Below are positions 1 through 10,269 of a stretch of 29,681 nucleotides of DNA, piece after piece. Origin of the DNA: Mugilogobius chulae. Its lineage: Eukaryota. The translations under genes and the position numbers were made by a program. The stretch is taken from contig CM100125.1 of the NCBI GenBank assembly GCA_046056395.1, forward strand, positions 45,175,895 to 45,205,575, written 5' to 3'. Within the stretch, counting starts at the first letter, position 1. Every line of letters starts with the position of its first letter. Under the pieces are notes generated by a model. It did not search any database, was not told where the DNA came from, and worked only from the letters and a program-made list of their open reading frames with translations.

Positions 1-103
1 TACCATCTAAGATTACCCATACTAATTCTGCATTGTGACAACACTTCTAGAAACATTATACTATAGTCTGAATGACCAGTGAAAATGTAAACATGAGTGG
101 TAC

Positions 104-287
104 CATAAATTCGGACTGAAGTCTAGGTGTGTTGTGGACTCCATGCACACTGTCATGACCTTCGGGGCCTGGGTCAGACTCAGGTCTTTCTTTAGGAGGT
201 CCTTGCAACGCCCCCAAAGCTACATCACAAACCAACAGCAATCGAGATCCGTCTGTAGAACTGCACTGGGAATATTTTAAAGCAGTT
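104..287 (-). CDS. PARP1-like exon L (ADP-ribosyltransferase domain). Product reads ...TALKYSQCSSTDGSRLLLVCDVALGALQGPPKERPESDPGPEGHDSVHGVHNTPRLQSEFM. The gene continues beyond the window start.
   Basis: Minus-strand acceptor tgtgtttacag at 288-289. The translation aligns with the PARP1 catalytic-domain stretch '[31 protein letters not shown]' through KYSQ...LLVCDVALGAL. The frame stays open to a stop at 56-58, but a donor ATG|gtacca at 102-103, or CTG|gtcatt a little further on, is more likely. The catalytic Glu (YNEYIVYD) is not reached inside the window. Confidence 0.55.
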
Positions 288-482
288 CTGTAAACACAAA
301 AAGGATTGTAGAAGTCATGTTAGTTATATAGAGAGCATGTTGCAATGACTTTATTTAAATAATTGAGGCACACTTTTTAAACACCTAGCTAGAAACTACT
401 ATGCATATTTCTTAGTGGTTGTTTTAATATTAATTCGTTTTTTTCAGCTTTTATCAATGCTTTACCTTTTTTGCATGATATA

Positions 483-498
483 GACATTTAGCAGAAAG
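483..498. repeat. 5' target-site duplication GACATTTAGCAGAAAG of the LINE.
   Basis: It is identical to the 16-mer at 3606-3621 that immediately follows the LINE tail. Confidence 0.85.
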
Positions 499-821
499 AA
501 TGTAGCCACAATGGGGCACAAGCCAGTGTCTTATTGTGCCGGTCCAAGCCCGATAAATACAGAGGGTTGTGTCAGGAAGGGCATCGATGTAAAATTTTTT
601 GCCAAATCAAATATGCGAATCGAAACTAGTCTTTCATACCGGATCGGTCGAGGCCCGGGTTAACAACGACCGCCATCGGAGCTGTTCACTTACAGGGTGC
701 CGGTGGAAATTGGACTACTGTAGGTCGAAGAAGGAGAGGAGGAAGGTGTGTTCGTAGGAAGAGAGAGAAGAGGAACGCCAAGAGTATAGGACTGAGAGTA
801 GGGAGTTTAAATGTTGGAACT

Positions 822-1574
822 ATGACAGGAAAAGGTAGAGAGATAGTTGATATGATGCAGAGGAGGAAGGTAGACATATTGTGTGTTCAAGAGACCAGGT
901 GGAAAGGTAGCAAGGCTAGAAGTTTAGGAGCAGGGTTCAAGTTGTTTTATCATGGTGTAGATGGGAAGAGAAATGGAGTAGGGGTTATTTTAAAGGAGGA
1001 GTTTGTTAGGAATGTCCTGGAGGTAAAAAGAGTGTCAGACAGAGTGATGAGCCTGAGACTAGAAATTGAAGGTGTGATGTTCAATGTTGTTAGTGGATAT
1101 GCTCCACAGGTAGGATGTGAACTGGAGGAAAAGGAGAAATTTTGGTCGGACCTTGATGAAGTGATGCAGAACATCCCTAGAAGTGAGAGAGTTGTAATTG
1201 GGGCAGACTTCAATGGACATGTTGGTGCAGGAAACAGAAATGATGAGGATGTGATGGGCAGATTTGGTATCCAGGAGAGGAACGCAGAAGGACAAATGGT
1301 GGTTGACTTTGCAAAAAGAATGGAAATGGCTGTAGTAAATACTTTCTTCCAGAAGAGACAGGAACATATAGTAACCTATAAGAGTGGAGGTAGGGCCACA
1401 CAGATAGACTACATCTTGTGTAGACGATGTAACCTGAAGGAGATCAGTGACTGCAAAGTAGTGGTAGGGGAGAGTGTAGCCAGACAGCATAGGATGGTGG
1501 TGTGTAGGATGACTCTGGTAGTGAAGAAGATAAAGAGGGCAAAGGCAGAGCAGAGGACGAAATGGGGAAGCTAA
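822..1574 (+). pseudogene. LINE ORF2 apurinic/apyrimidinic-like endonuclease domain, truncated by a stop.
   Basis: The 250-aa ORF carries the EEP-fold motifs typical of LINE endonucleases. Confidence 0.85.
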
Positions 1575-1838
1575 AAAAGGAAGAGTGTTGCATGACTTTT
1601 AGACAAGAGCTGAGACAGGCTCTGGGGTGGGTCAGGAGCAGCTTCCAGATGACTGGACAACTACAGCTAATGTAATCAGGGAGACAGGCAGGAGAACACT
1701 TGGGTGTCATCTGGTAGGAAAGTTGATAGGGAGACTTGGTGTGGAATGAGGAGGTGCAGGATGTATACAGAGAAAGAGGTTAGCTAAGAAGAAGCGAGAT
1801 GCTGAGGGGACTGAAGAGAGAGACAGGAGTACAGGGAG

Positions 1839-3009
1839 ATGCAGCGCAAGGGAAATAGAGGTGGCAAAGGCCAAACAAGGGCTTATGATGAGTTGTATAC
1901 TAGATTGAACAGTAAAGAGGGAGAAACTGATCTATACAGATTGGCAAGGCAGAGAGACAGAGATGGGAAGGATGTGCAGCAGGTCAGGGTGATTAAAGAT
2001 AGGAATGGAAATGTGTTGACAGATGCCAGTAGTGTGATGGGAAGATGGAAAGAATATTTTGAAGAGTTGATGAATGAGGAAAATGACAGAGAACAAAGAG
2101 TAGAAGAGGTGACTGTTGTAAATCAGGAATACCAAAGATTAGTAAGGGAGAAGTAAGGAGTGCATTGAAGAGGATGAAGAGTGGAAAGGCACTTGGCCCT
2201 GATGATATACCTGTGGAGGTATGGAAATGTCTAGGAGAGGTAGCAGTAGAGTTTCTGACTGGGTTGTTTAACAGGATCTTAGATGGTGAGAAGATGCCTG
2301 AAGAATGGAGGAGAAGTGTGCTGGTGCCCATTTTTAAAAATAAGGGAGATGTGCAGAGTTGCACCAACTATAGAGGAATAAAGCTGATGAGCCATACAAT
2401 GAAGTTATGGGAACGAGTAGTTGAAGCAAGATTACGGGCTGAAGTGAGCATTTGTGAGCAGCAGTATGGTTTCATGCCAAAAAAGAGCACTACAGATGCA
2501 GTATTTGCATTGAGAATGTTGATAGAGAAGTATCGGGAAGGACAGAAGGAGCTGCATTGTGTCTTTGTAGATCTAGAGAAAGCTTATGACAGGGTACCCA
2601 GAGAGGAACTGTGGTATTGTATGAGGAAGTCTGGAGTGGCAGAGAAGTATGTTAGAGTGGCGCAGGACATGTATAAGGATTGTAAGACAGTGGTGAGGTG
2701 TGCTGTGGGCGTGACAGAGGAGTTCAGTGTGGAGGTGGGACTGCATCAGGGATCAGCTCTGAGTCCCTTCTTGTTTGCTATGGTGATGGACAGGCTTACA
2801 GACGAGGTTAGGCAGGAATCTCCATGGACTATGATGTTGCAGATGACATTGTGATATGCATGAATGCAGGGAACATGTGGAGGAGCAGCTTGAGAGTTGG
2901 AGGTTTGCCTGGAAAGGAGAGGATGAAGGTTAGCCGCAGCAAGACGGAGTACATGTGTGTGAATGAGAGCGACCCAAGTGGAAGATTAGGTTACAGGGAG
3001 AAGAGATAA
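1839..3009 (+). pseudogene. LINE reverse-transcriptase domain, split across three frames (1839-2156, 2165-2854, 2824-3009).
   Basis: RT motifs are present, including the YXDD box (YDVADD) in the third frame. Frameshifts between the three pieces show this is a dead copy. Confidence 0.85.
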
Positions 3010-3605
3010 AGAAGGTGAGGATTTTAATACTTAGGGTCAACAGTCCAGAGCAATGGAGAGTGTGGAAAGAGGTGAAGAAGCGTGTGCAGGCAGGTTGGAA
3101 CGGGTGGAGAAAAGTGCAGGTGTGATATGTGATAGAAGAGTTTCAGCTAAAATGAAAGGAAAGGTGTATAAACTGTGGTGAGACCAGCAATGTTGTTTGG
3201 CCTAGAGACAGTGCCACTGAGAAAAAGACAGGAGGCAGAGCTGGAGTAGCAGAGATGAAGATGCTGAGGTTCTCTTTGGGAGGACCAGGATAGACAGAAT
3301 CAGGAATGAGATCATTAGAGGTACAACACATGTTAGAGGTATTGGAGATAAAGTCAGAGAGGCCAGACTGAGATGGTTGGACATGTTCAGAGAAGAAATA
3401 GGAATATATTGGTAAAAGAATGCTGAGTTTGAGCTGCCAGCAGGAGACCTAGAGGAAGACCGAGGAGGAGGTTCATGGATGTGGTGAAAGAGGACATGAA
3501 GGTAGTTGGAGGAAAGAAGAGGATGCAGAAGATCGGTTAGATGGAGAAGTTTGATTCGCTGTGGTGACCCCTGAAGGGAAAAAGCCGAAAGGAAAAGAAG
3601 AAGAA

Positions 3606-3621
3606 GACATTTAGCAGAAAG
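3606..3621. repeat. 3' target-site duplication GACATTTAGCAGAAAG of the LINE.
   Basis: It is identical to 483-498. Confidence 0.85.
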
Positions 3622-3793
3622 GCTTCAAGTTGTCAATCGGACAGCTTTTTCGAAGATCAAACGTTTCGACTCTCATCCAAAAGTCATTTTCAATTTCATT
3701 TTCAAAAGACAGATTGAAAAAGACTTTCGGCTTAGAGTCGAAACTTTGATTTTCGAAAACGTTTCCAGATGACAACTTTGAAGCCTTTCTACT
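3611..3793. repeat. A roughly 180-bp imperfect palindrome (hairpin-forming, MITE-like) immediately 3' of the LINE. Its arms are tagcagaaaggcttcaagttgtcaatcggacagc...cgtttcgactct and agagtcgaaactttg...tccagatgacaactttgaagcctttctacta.
   Basis: I reverse-complemented 3725-3793 and it matches 3611-3680 at about 85% identity over arms of about 70 bp each. The outer ends of the arms overlap the LINE target-site duplication. Confidence 0.7.
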
Positions 3794-3967
3794 ATGAATC
3801 ACTCCTGGACGAATGAAGGATTACATCGTCTAATTAGACATTACACAATCCCAATATTAATTAATAATTATGCTGCTCTTAATTGATATAACATAATACA
3901 GTCAATTATTACCGTAAGGCATTGCTCTCAACTTAATCACCAAGTAGAACTATATCCTAGACAGTTA

Positions 3968-4160
3968 AAGTTGGGGTAGCTACTTTTTTAGTTGTAATTA
4001 GTAACTTTGTGCTTTGCACTAAAAAGTAAATATAAATGCAGCACTTGTGAAAAATAGACCACTGTACATTGAATTGAATTTTAGAAAAATTTGAAAAGAA
4101 TTTTAGTTCTCATCAGGAGCAAACAGCACTCTGATTGCTGAGCTTGGTCACTCCAGTTCC
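3968..4160. repeat. Interspersed repeat of unknown family, copy A (about 190 bp).
   Basis: It is about 80% similar to 14075-14250 (ttggggtagctactttttt...gcactaaaa.gtaaat..gcagcactt.gtgaaaaa.tagaccactg...ctcatcaggagcaaacagcactctgattgctgagcttggtcactccag). Confidence 0.6.
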
Positions 4161-4333
4161 CTTTATTGTTTTTAAAAATTATAAGCTATGACTGCATCCA
4201 AATAGAATACATTAAACTGTGATTATAACGTGTCAGAGACAAGATGTAATTTAACATAAAATGACATTGAAATAACCACTTACACATACGCAAATAAGCG
4301 AATATTACTGAAGAAGGATATTGAATTACTAAC

Positions 4334-4432
4334 TTTATGTCGTCACTGAAGTAGATTCCACTGCCAAGATTACCAGCATCAGTTCGTTGTATGCCATGTT
4401 GATCCACAGCAACATTTGGCAAAAGGAGGCCA
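4334..4432 (-). CDS. PARP1-like exon K (catalytic). Product (R)GLLLPNVAVDQHGIQRTDAGNLGSGIYFSDDIK.
   Basis: Acceptor tttattttcag on the minus strand. GSGIYFSD matches the PARP signature GKGIYFAD. Exon phases are consistent with neighbouring exons J and L. The donor AAA|gttagt is weak, so the 3' boundary is uncertain. Confidence 0.6.
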
Positions 4433-5079
4433 CTGAAAATAAAAACAGATAAAGTTATTTGTGAATTAATGTAAAGTAGGGCTGCACAACTTGGAAATAA
4501 TATCTAAATGTGATTTTTACATTTATTATTTTTACATTTAAGATTATGGTTTAAAAGCAGGTCTTGTCCAATTTTGAACAAAATCTGGTCTGGTAACACT
4601 TTACAATAACTACACCTTAATTAGACTTAATAACTGAATTCATAAGAAAACAAAAATTATTAATAGATGAAAAAGTTTGTTAAGGTTTAGTAACTACTTA
4701 GTTATTCCAAACCTTAAATCCTAAACTTCAGCTCCTTAATTAAGTTGTTACTTAATACTTTTTTCATTCAATAATTCACAATTTGTTGATGAATAATTAA
4801 GGGTTTAGTTATGCTTCATTTTTTCCAAATCAATAGTTTAATACGGTTTATCTGTAGTGTCTCGGTATATTTTTTGTTTTCAAATCTGACTATTTACAAA
4901 ACCATATTTTACATATCTTCAGAAAATAAATGTTTTAAGTCAAATAAACTAAGGCTCTTCAAAATTGCAGCTTTTGCTATTTGATAATTGTGGTTTCGTT
5001 TTGATTGTGATTAATTGTGCAGTCGTAATGTAAAGGCACAAAACCATTTCTAATTTGTGTTTGATGCACTGTTTTTTAC

Positions 5080-5211
5080 CGAGAGAGTATTCCCACAAAG
5101 TTGTGAGGACTGGATGAATGAAGAAGAGGTCTGATCTGTCCAAGTTCACTCTTAAAATTTTGGAGCTCCGGTGCTCTGCTTACACGGAAAATCTGATGAA
5201 CTTGTGCTTTA
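5080..5211 (-). CDS. PARP1-like exon J (catalytic). Product (S)KAQVHQIFRVSRAPELQNFKSELGQIRPLLHSSSPHNFVGILS(R).
   Basis: Acceptor ttattgcag and donor TCG|gtaaaa. The translation aligns with PARP1 '[46 protein letters not shown]'. The H-G-S triad reads H-S-S here. Confidence 0.65.
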
Positions 5212-5290
5212 CTGCAATAAACAAAAACAAATGTGATCGTTATTTAAAGTGACTTGAAAAAGACACATACAAGATACGTTATGTTTTTAC

Positions 5291-5433
5291 CTGTTTTGAA
5301 GCAGAGAAGTCACAGCTGTGAACTCTGAGCTGCCATTGTCAACTTCTTCAATTCCACATCTCAGCGCTCGGTATTTGCCCACGCTGGACAACACTGTGCC
5401 TCCTAATGTCATTTCACTGACATTCAGATGTCT
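5291..5433 (-). CDS. PARP1-like exon I (end of helical domain into ART). Product RHLNVSEMTLGGTVLSSVGKYRALRCGIEEVDNGSSEFTAVTSLLQN.
   Basis: Donor CAG|gtaaaaacat is strong. The acceptor ttaattag has a poor pyrimidine tract but is the only position that keeps phase. The translation aligns with PARP1 '[57 protein letters not shown]'. Confidence 0.5.
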
Positions 5434-5521
5434 CTAATTAACTTTCAAATCAAATCACAAGTCAAACTGAGACAAGATCACACAAATAAAAAAAAAGGCA
5501 ATTTGTAGCACATATAGTTAC

Positions 5522-5686
5522 CTGACAGAGGTCGAACTGTTTAGACACTGTGGACATGTTGACACTAACAGGAGATCGTGGAGGAAGAAGAGAACAGTAC
5601 TCAGACCAGAGAGATGCCACCTCCTCCGAATTATTTTGAGTTATTTTCCTTTGAATCTGAAGTAACAGTCCTTCTGCCCTGGTCAC
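5522..5686 (-). CDS. PARP1-like exon H (helical/regulatory domain). Product VTRAEGLLLQIQRKITQNNSEEVASLWSEYCSLLPPRSPVSVNMSTVSKQFDLCQ.
   Basis: Acceptor gtgtcaacag and donor CAG|gtaact. The exon is 165 nt and phase 0. The translation aligns with PARP1 '[64 protein letters not shown]'. Confidence 0.65.
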
Positions 5687-6546
5687 CTGTTGACACACAG
5701 TATCAAAATCAATTATGACTTTTATACAATAAATTAACAACCAATAATTCAAAGGTTTTACATTTCTAGAACTTTTAAGAGACGTCACAAAGATTTATAA
5801 AACAACAAACAAAACAGTCCAAAACAAACAAACAAAACGAGTGCAAGCAGGCAAACAATGAGTCAGTGTTCATTTTCAAAAGGGAGCCTCAAAATTATGT
5901 ATATCTTTAAAAAATAAACTAAAATCAATTTCCTTATTTAGACCAGGGAAAACAGTGGCTTGTAAACTGTAAGTATGCCATATTTCTCTCTGCAGAAGCA
6001 ATTTAAGATGGAAAAATAAAGGCTTTTTAAATTTGTATTGTATGAAGAGTGCCTGGGTTCATGAGAACTGTATAATTGACTTCGTGATCAAAAATACAAA
6101 CTGATAATCATTGTTTCTTTATAGTAGTGTATAATGTTGTAATAAGTGTTGTAAATAGTGTTTGGCATAATTTCTATTTAACATTTAATCTTAGTTTTTC
6201 AAATAATGTAAAGTAAGTACAAACAGGGATCTGGGAGAAAAAGAAGGTAGGTGAAGACAAAAAGTTTTCTGAACACTTAAGTCTCAGTTCCAAGATAATG
6301 GAAGAATGGATTACACAAAGAAGGAAGAAACAATCAAATACAGGAAATACTGTCAAGGAAATGCTGTTATAACAAGATCTAGAGCTCAGTGAAGCAGATC
6401 TGTTTCCAAATATTAATGAACTTTAATAAATACAAAAACTGAAGGTTTCATACATCGTTCAGACTGATCTTGTGAACTGGAGTGTTGAGAACGAGATCGA
6501 TGCAGCCCAAAGATTCCTTCCACAGAAGCTCCACAAACACCCCCAC

Positions 6547-6591
6547 CTCATCAGAGAGTTCCCCCAGGTTCAGCTTCTCCTCCAACAGCAG
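6547..6591 (-). CDS. PARP1-like exon G (start of helical domain). Product LLLEEKLNLGELSDE.
   Basis: Acceptor gtttgtttgcag and internal donor GATGAG|gtgggg. NLGELSDE corresponds to PARP1 'MPLGKLSKRQ'. If this donor is not used, the frame reads through to a stop near 6455, which would be an alternative truncated isoform. Confidence 0.5.
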
Positions 6592-7235
6592 CTGCAAACA
6601 AACACCAGGAAAATTAATAAATCGCTTTGTTTCAATTTGACGAACTTTTCTGCATAAAAACTAATAATCCTGTATCTTAAATCTGTTAATACAGGTTTGA
6701 AACGTGTGATTCTTATTAGCTTACTAGTTAATAGACATAACTCCGTTGTTCTGTCAACTGACTGTGCGTGGAACATCAGAAAAGACTTTTTTTAAAAGGA
6801 CTTTCCCAATTTAAAAAAAAACAACAAAACTTAAAATCAATTTGTTAATTTATCTATTCATAATTAGTCCACAATGTCTTGTCTATGTTTAATAATGTCC
6901 TGTGTTCAATAAATCTACTATCTATCTGAACAAATTGAAGACTCAGAATGCATTAGGTAAGTGAACAAAACATGTGAGAGGTTTAAATTTAATTGTTTCT
7001 TTTTGTTTACAGTTTTAAGGAAGGAAAAATTGAGAATAGCACCTTTAAATTGTTAATCTTTAGTATTAGCATTGAAACAAAAACAGAAAAATAGCGTCAA
7101 TGTGTTTGTAATGTTTAACAAATAGTCAAAAACATCAATCGCAACTCATTGTTCACTACCTGAACTTATATCTTATTTGTTCATTTTAGACTTAGTCAAA
7201 ACAAGTAAACTGTGATTTTGTGGTTTGTACTGAAC

Positions 7236-7394
7236 CTGCTGAAAAGGAGCTGATCCCATCTCATAGACTTGTTCAGGAACATATGTCTGTTGCTTCAGAC
7301 CTTCGGCTGTCATTGAGTCTATGAGCTGCTGGTACACTTTCACTGCCTCTTCAGATGACGACATAAACATGATCTGATCCCTCACAGCTGCTTT
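7236..7394 (-). CDS. PARP1-like exon F (C-terminal half of WGR domain). Product KAAVRDQIMFMSSSEEAVKVYQQLIDSMTAEGLKQQTYVPEQVYEMGSAPFQQ.
   Basis: Acceptor gtgtttttgcag. The donor CAG|gttcag is weak but is the only donor in the phase required by the next exon. The translation aligns with PARP1 '[40 protein letters not shown]'. Confidence 0.5.
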
Positions 7395-8099
7395 CTGCAA
7401 AAACACAGAATGTAAGTTGAGGTGGGCAGATTATGAACCAATATTGAACTGTCATATTGTGATTCATGATGTTGTTTTGAAGATATACTAAGGGTAGGAG
7501 ACAGTAACCCCCCAGAAAGCTACCACAAGAATACGATTGGACTGAAAATTTGGACACTAAGATAATACATCATAGTTATTCAAATATTTATAAAAGTAAA
7601 CTATCAAACCTCTGGGCATGTTAAAGATAAAAAGTAAACTTACTTCATGTCAAGTCGCTAAAACACTCTTTCTGTGAGATTACCTCTTACTTTTGAAAAC
7701 AAATTGTGACAGAACATGCTCAAACTATGGTCTTTATTGCCAAGGCATGAACAGGAGACAGCCTTAGTCAGGCTTTTTAGGGAAAACAGGCCCAGATGTT
7801 AAGAGATTAAAGAAGGCACTCAATTGCTAATTTCAGTCGTACAATTTATAATTCATTTTTAGATCATAAACAAGTACTGCTTTTTAACTAGGCTACTGCT
7901 TGTCAAAATTTATTAATTCCTTTTTGTACAAGGAATAAGTAACTTACGAATAAAAACTTCCCAAAAAGGTATGAATAATGTTGTTTGAAACTTGTTATTG
8001 TAAAAATGAATTTAGTCAGTATTGCACTAATCGTAGATGTGGTTAGATTTTATGTAACTACTGCATTGTATTGTGTTTTGTCTCCCTTTTTTGATTTAC

Positions 8100-8204
8100 C
8101 TTGGACTGAATGTCATCTTTCCAGTACCTCACCACACGATACTCCCTCAAATGGTCACTTTTTGCACTTTGAAGCTCCAACAAATACCAAGAACGGCTGT
8201 TAGG
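8100..8204 (-). CDS. PARP1-like exon E (WGR domain core, degenerate). Product PNSRSWYLLELQSAKSDHLREYRVVRYWKDDIQSK.
   Basis: Acceptor tttctctag and donor AAG|gtaaatc. The exon is 105 nt and phase 0. WYLLELQSAKSDHLREYRVVRYWKDD matches the WGR pattern '[25 protein letters not shown]', but the WGR motif itself reads YWKDD. Confidence 0.6.
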
Positions 8205-8277
8205 CTAGAGAAAGAACAAAATGAATAGACAAGGTGAATTACAGACTTCCATTACAACAAAAAACATTTTATTGTAC

Positions 8278-8356
8278 CTTTTGAAAGTGTGAGTATTTAG
8301 CCACTTGATAGTTCTCTGGAAATTGGGGCAGATCACGATCCTTCTCAGTGTATACT
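8278..8356 (-). CDS. PARP1-like exon D (linker into WGR). Product (R)VYTEKDRDLPQFPENYQVAKYSHFQK.
   Basis: Acceptor tttatttacag and donor AAG|gtacaat. Phase is consistent with exons C and E. Confidence 0.55.
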
Positions 8357-9065
8357 CTGTAAATAAATTATCATCTTGATTTGACTTTGTGACGAAAACA
8401 CAGCATAGCCCATTGCAAAAAAGTATGTAACAGTGTACTGAAAAAAATAGAAATAATTTGAAACAAGTAAAATATTAGCTAGGCTCCGTTAATTACACAG
8501 ATCTTAAATTTGTCAAAAGGTCTACAATTAAAGTTAAAGGAGCTATACCTGATTTTTGCATCCTTAAAAAATTAAACTGAAATATTACATTTTAATCATT
8601 TTATTTCAGTCCACATGTTTGTTCACTTATCTAACGAATTCTGAGCCTCCAAATTGCTCACCAAAATGTGTTTTAAGCATTTTCACAACTTCTAGAAGTA
8701 AACTGTGTTAGCCTAAATACTAACAACATAAACAAACACATTTCCTGGATATAAGTGGAAGTAGAGTCGACACTGTAAACTAATCTTTACCTAACTAGAT
8801 ACGTTAACACTATATTTGTGCAGGAGGAAAACTGAAAATTAAGAAATTATAACTCATCCAGTTGATAATTTTTGCACTGTATTCAGCTTATTCCACCACA
8901 CCCACTTTTCTGTTTTAGCTATAGTTAGCTACATAGACGCAAAAAGTAAATGTCAGAATTTATTCAAACTGTCTTGCAACAAGTGGGCAGGGCGAAATAA
9001 GTTGAACGGAGTATATTTAAGATACAGTACATAAAACGCATATATAATTATGTATATCTTCACAC

Positions 9066-9168
9066 CTGTAATTGTTTTTGCTTTTTGGAGACACTTCATT
9101 CAAAGGCACGACTTCCATGTCCCAGTCTCTGTGTGTCTGTGACGTAGTCGTACTTTGAGATGGTTTGT
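9066..9168 (-). CDS. PARP1-like exon C (Ser/Thr-rich linker after BRCT). Product (D)KPSQSTTTSQTHRDWDMEVVPLNEVSPKSKNNY(R).
   Basis: Acceptor ttttttctag and donor CAG|gtgtgaag. This is the only open frame and it matches the phase inherited from exon B. Confidence 0.5.
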
Positions 9169-10013
9169 CTAGAAAAAATTAACAAAGTTTAACTTAATCA
9201 ATTCTCAGAACTCAGAAGATTTACACAGACAGAATTTGATCACTTTTGACACATTACTCACTGCTACATTAGTCACTGGTTCTTAAGAAAACCTTACTAA
9301 GCACACCTTATGAACAAACATGCCAACCTATACACACACAGAGTAGTTAAACCTGCTGAAGTCAAAAGACACAACAAATGCACATTTATCTATGACTTGA
9401 CCTACTGTCTGGTGTTGTCAGCATCTTGTGTTCTTTCTTACATTACTATGCTTTCTTTTTTACCTTCTTCCTAGTGTGTTTAGTTGTCCAGTAAGGTGGG
9501 AGAGTCAGATTTTTGAGAGGGTGAGATGAAGTTAATAAATATTGCCTGAGCAGGACCATACCAACCTTCTGAACCACCAAACTGCACCCGTTCGCCTCCT
9601 CGGCCACGCCTCGAATAACCAGAGGCTCTCTACACTGGCCTATCCCATCAACACTGTTTGTTTGTATACACTTTTCAAGATGGTTCTTTATGGAGCGATA
9701 CCCAGGTTTCCTGATGTGATTCGGGAAGCACACAGTTTGTTGACCGCCACGACTGGGGTCTTTGTATGATTTTATCGTATGATACTTAACAGATTTTAAC
9801 GTTGAAAGACATAAAATATGTATTTTAATAAAGATTATTGCCTGTCTTGGAGTTGTCTTTCAAGACAGCAGAAACAAGAGAGGCGCGTCACTTACTACAA
9901 TCCGGATCAACATCAAACAGCGGTCTAAAGAATTTAGACGCTACAATAGTGAAAACTTGACCTGATCTAGTCCCACCCTTACTGTCAGCTATACTACATA
10001 TTACTATAACGAC

Positions 10014-10206
10014 CCAATAGTACCTTTATTTACAGAAGGAGGTGTATTTGTCAAAGAAGAAATGTCCAACTTATAATCATCTACCGGCAGCCGACAGTTT
10101 GCTTCCAAACACTGGCGCACATAGTCCAGTCCAACCACAGGAATCTGGTGTTTCACAATGTTACGAAGTCGACTGGGACTGAGACTGGACACACCAGTGG
10201 TCACTA
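10014..10206 (-). CDS. PARP1-like exon B (BRCT domain C-terminal half). Product CSLIVTTGVSSLSPSRLRNIVKHQIPVVGLDYVRQCLEANCRLPVDDYKLDISSLTNTPPSVNK.
   Basis: Acceptor tctccag and donor AAAG|gtactat. The exon is 193 nt. It fits the BRCT pattern '[37 protein letters not shown]' of PARP1. Confidence 0.65.
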
Positions 10207-10269
10207 TCAGAGAACACTGGAGACAAGAAAACAGATGATTTAAATATATAGCAAGAAAAAATTACCATA

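Larger units (their letters stand above)
499..3605 (+). mobile_element. Degenerate RTE-like non-LTR retrotransposon (LINE). It has a single ORF2-type organisation with an APE endonuclease and a reverse transcriptase, a short (GAA)n-like tail, and is broken by stops and frameshifts.
   Basis: The ORF 822-1574 has the exonuclease-endonuclease-phosphatase fold (VDILCVQETRW...GADFNGHVG). ORFs 1839-2156 and 2165-2854 carry RT motifs (FMPKKSTTDAVFALRMLIEKYREGQKELHCVFVDLEKAYDRVPRE; LHQGSALSPFLFAMVMD). The YADD box falls in a third frame at about 2830-2850. A perfect 16-bp target-site duplication flanks the element. The roughly 3.1 kb size is typical of RTE/Rex3-type elements. Confidence 0.9.

Noticed and set aside
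56-241. ORF 56-241 called with a start Met
   Set aside because: The tool's 'M' is a TTG Leu codon. The frame is the internal PARP-like catalytic exon L, entered by an acceptor at 288-289, and not a stand-alone gene. Its C-terminal read-through part is probably intronic.
950-1710. Minus-strand ORFs inside the LINE (950-1213, 1059-1490, 1210-1401, 1444-1710)
   Set aside because: They are antisense to the recognisable endonuclease ORF and do not resemble any protein.
6472-6657. Plus-strand ORF of 61 aa (MNWSVENEIDAAQRF...)
   Set aside because: It is antisense to the PARP-like exon G region. It has no signals and is a short chance ORF.
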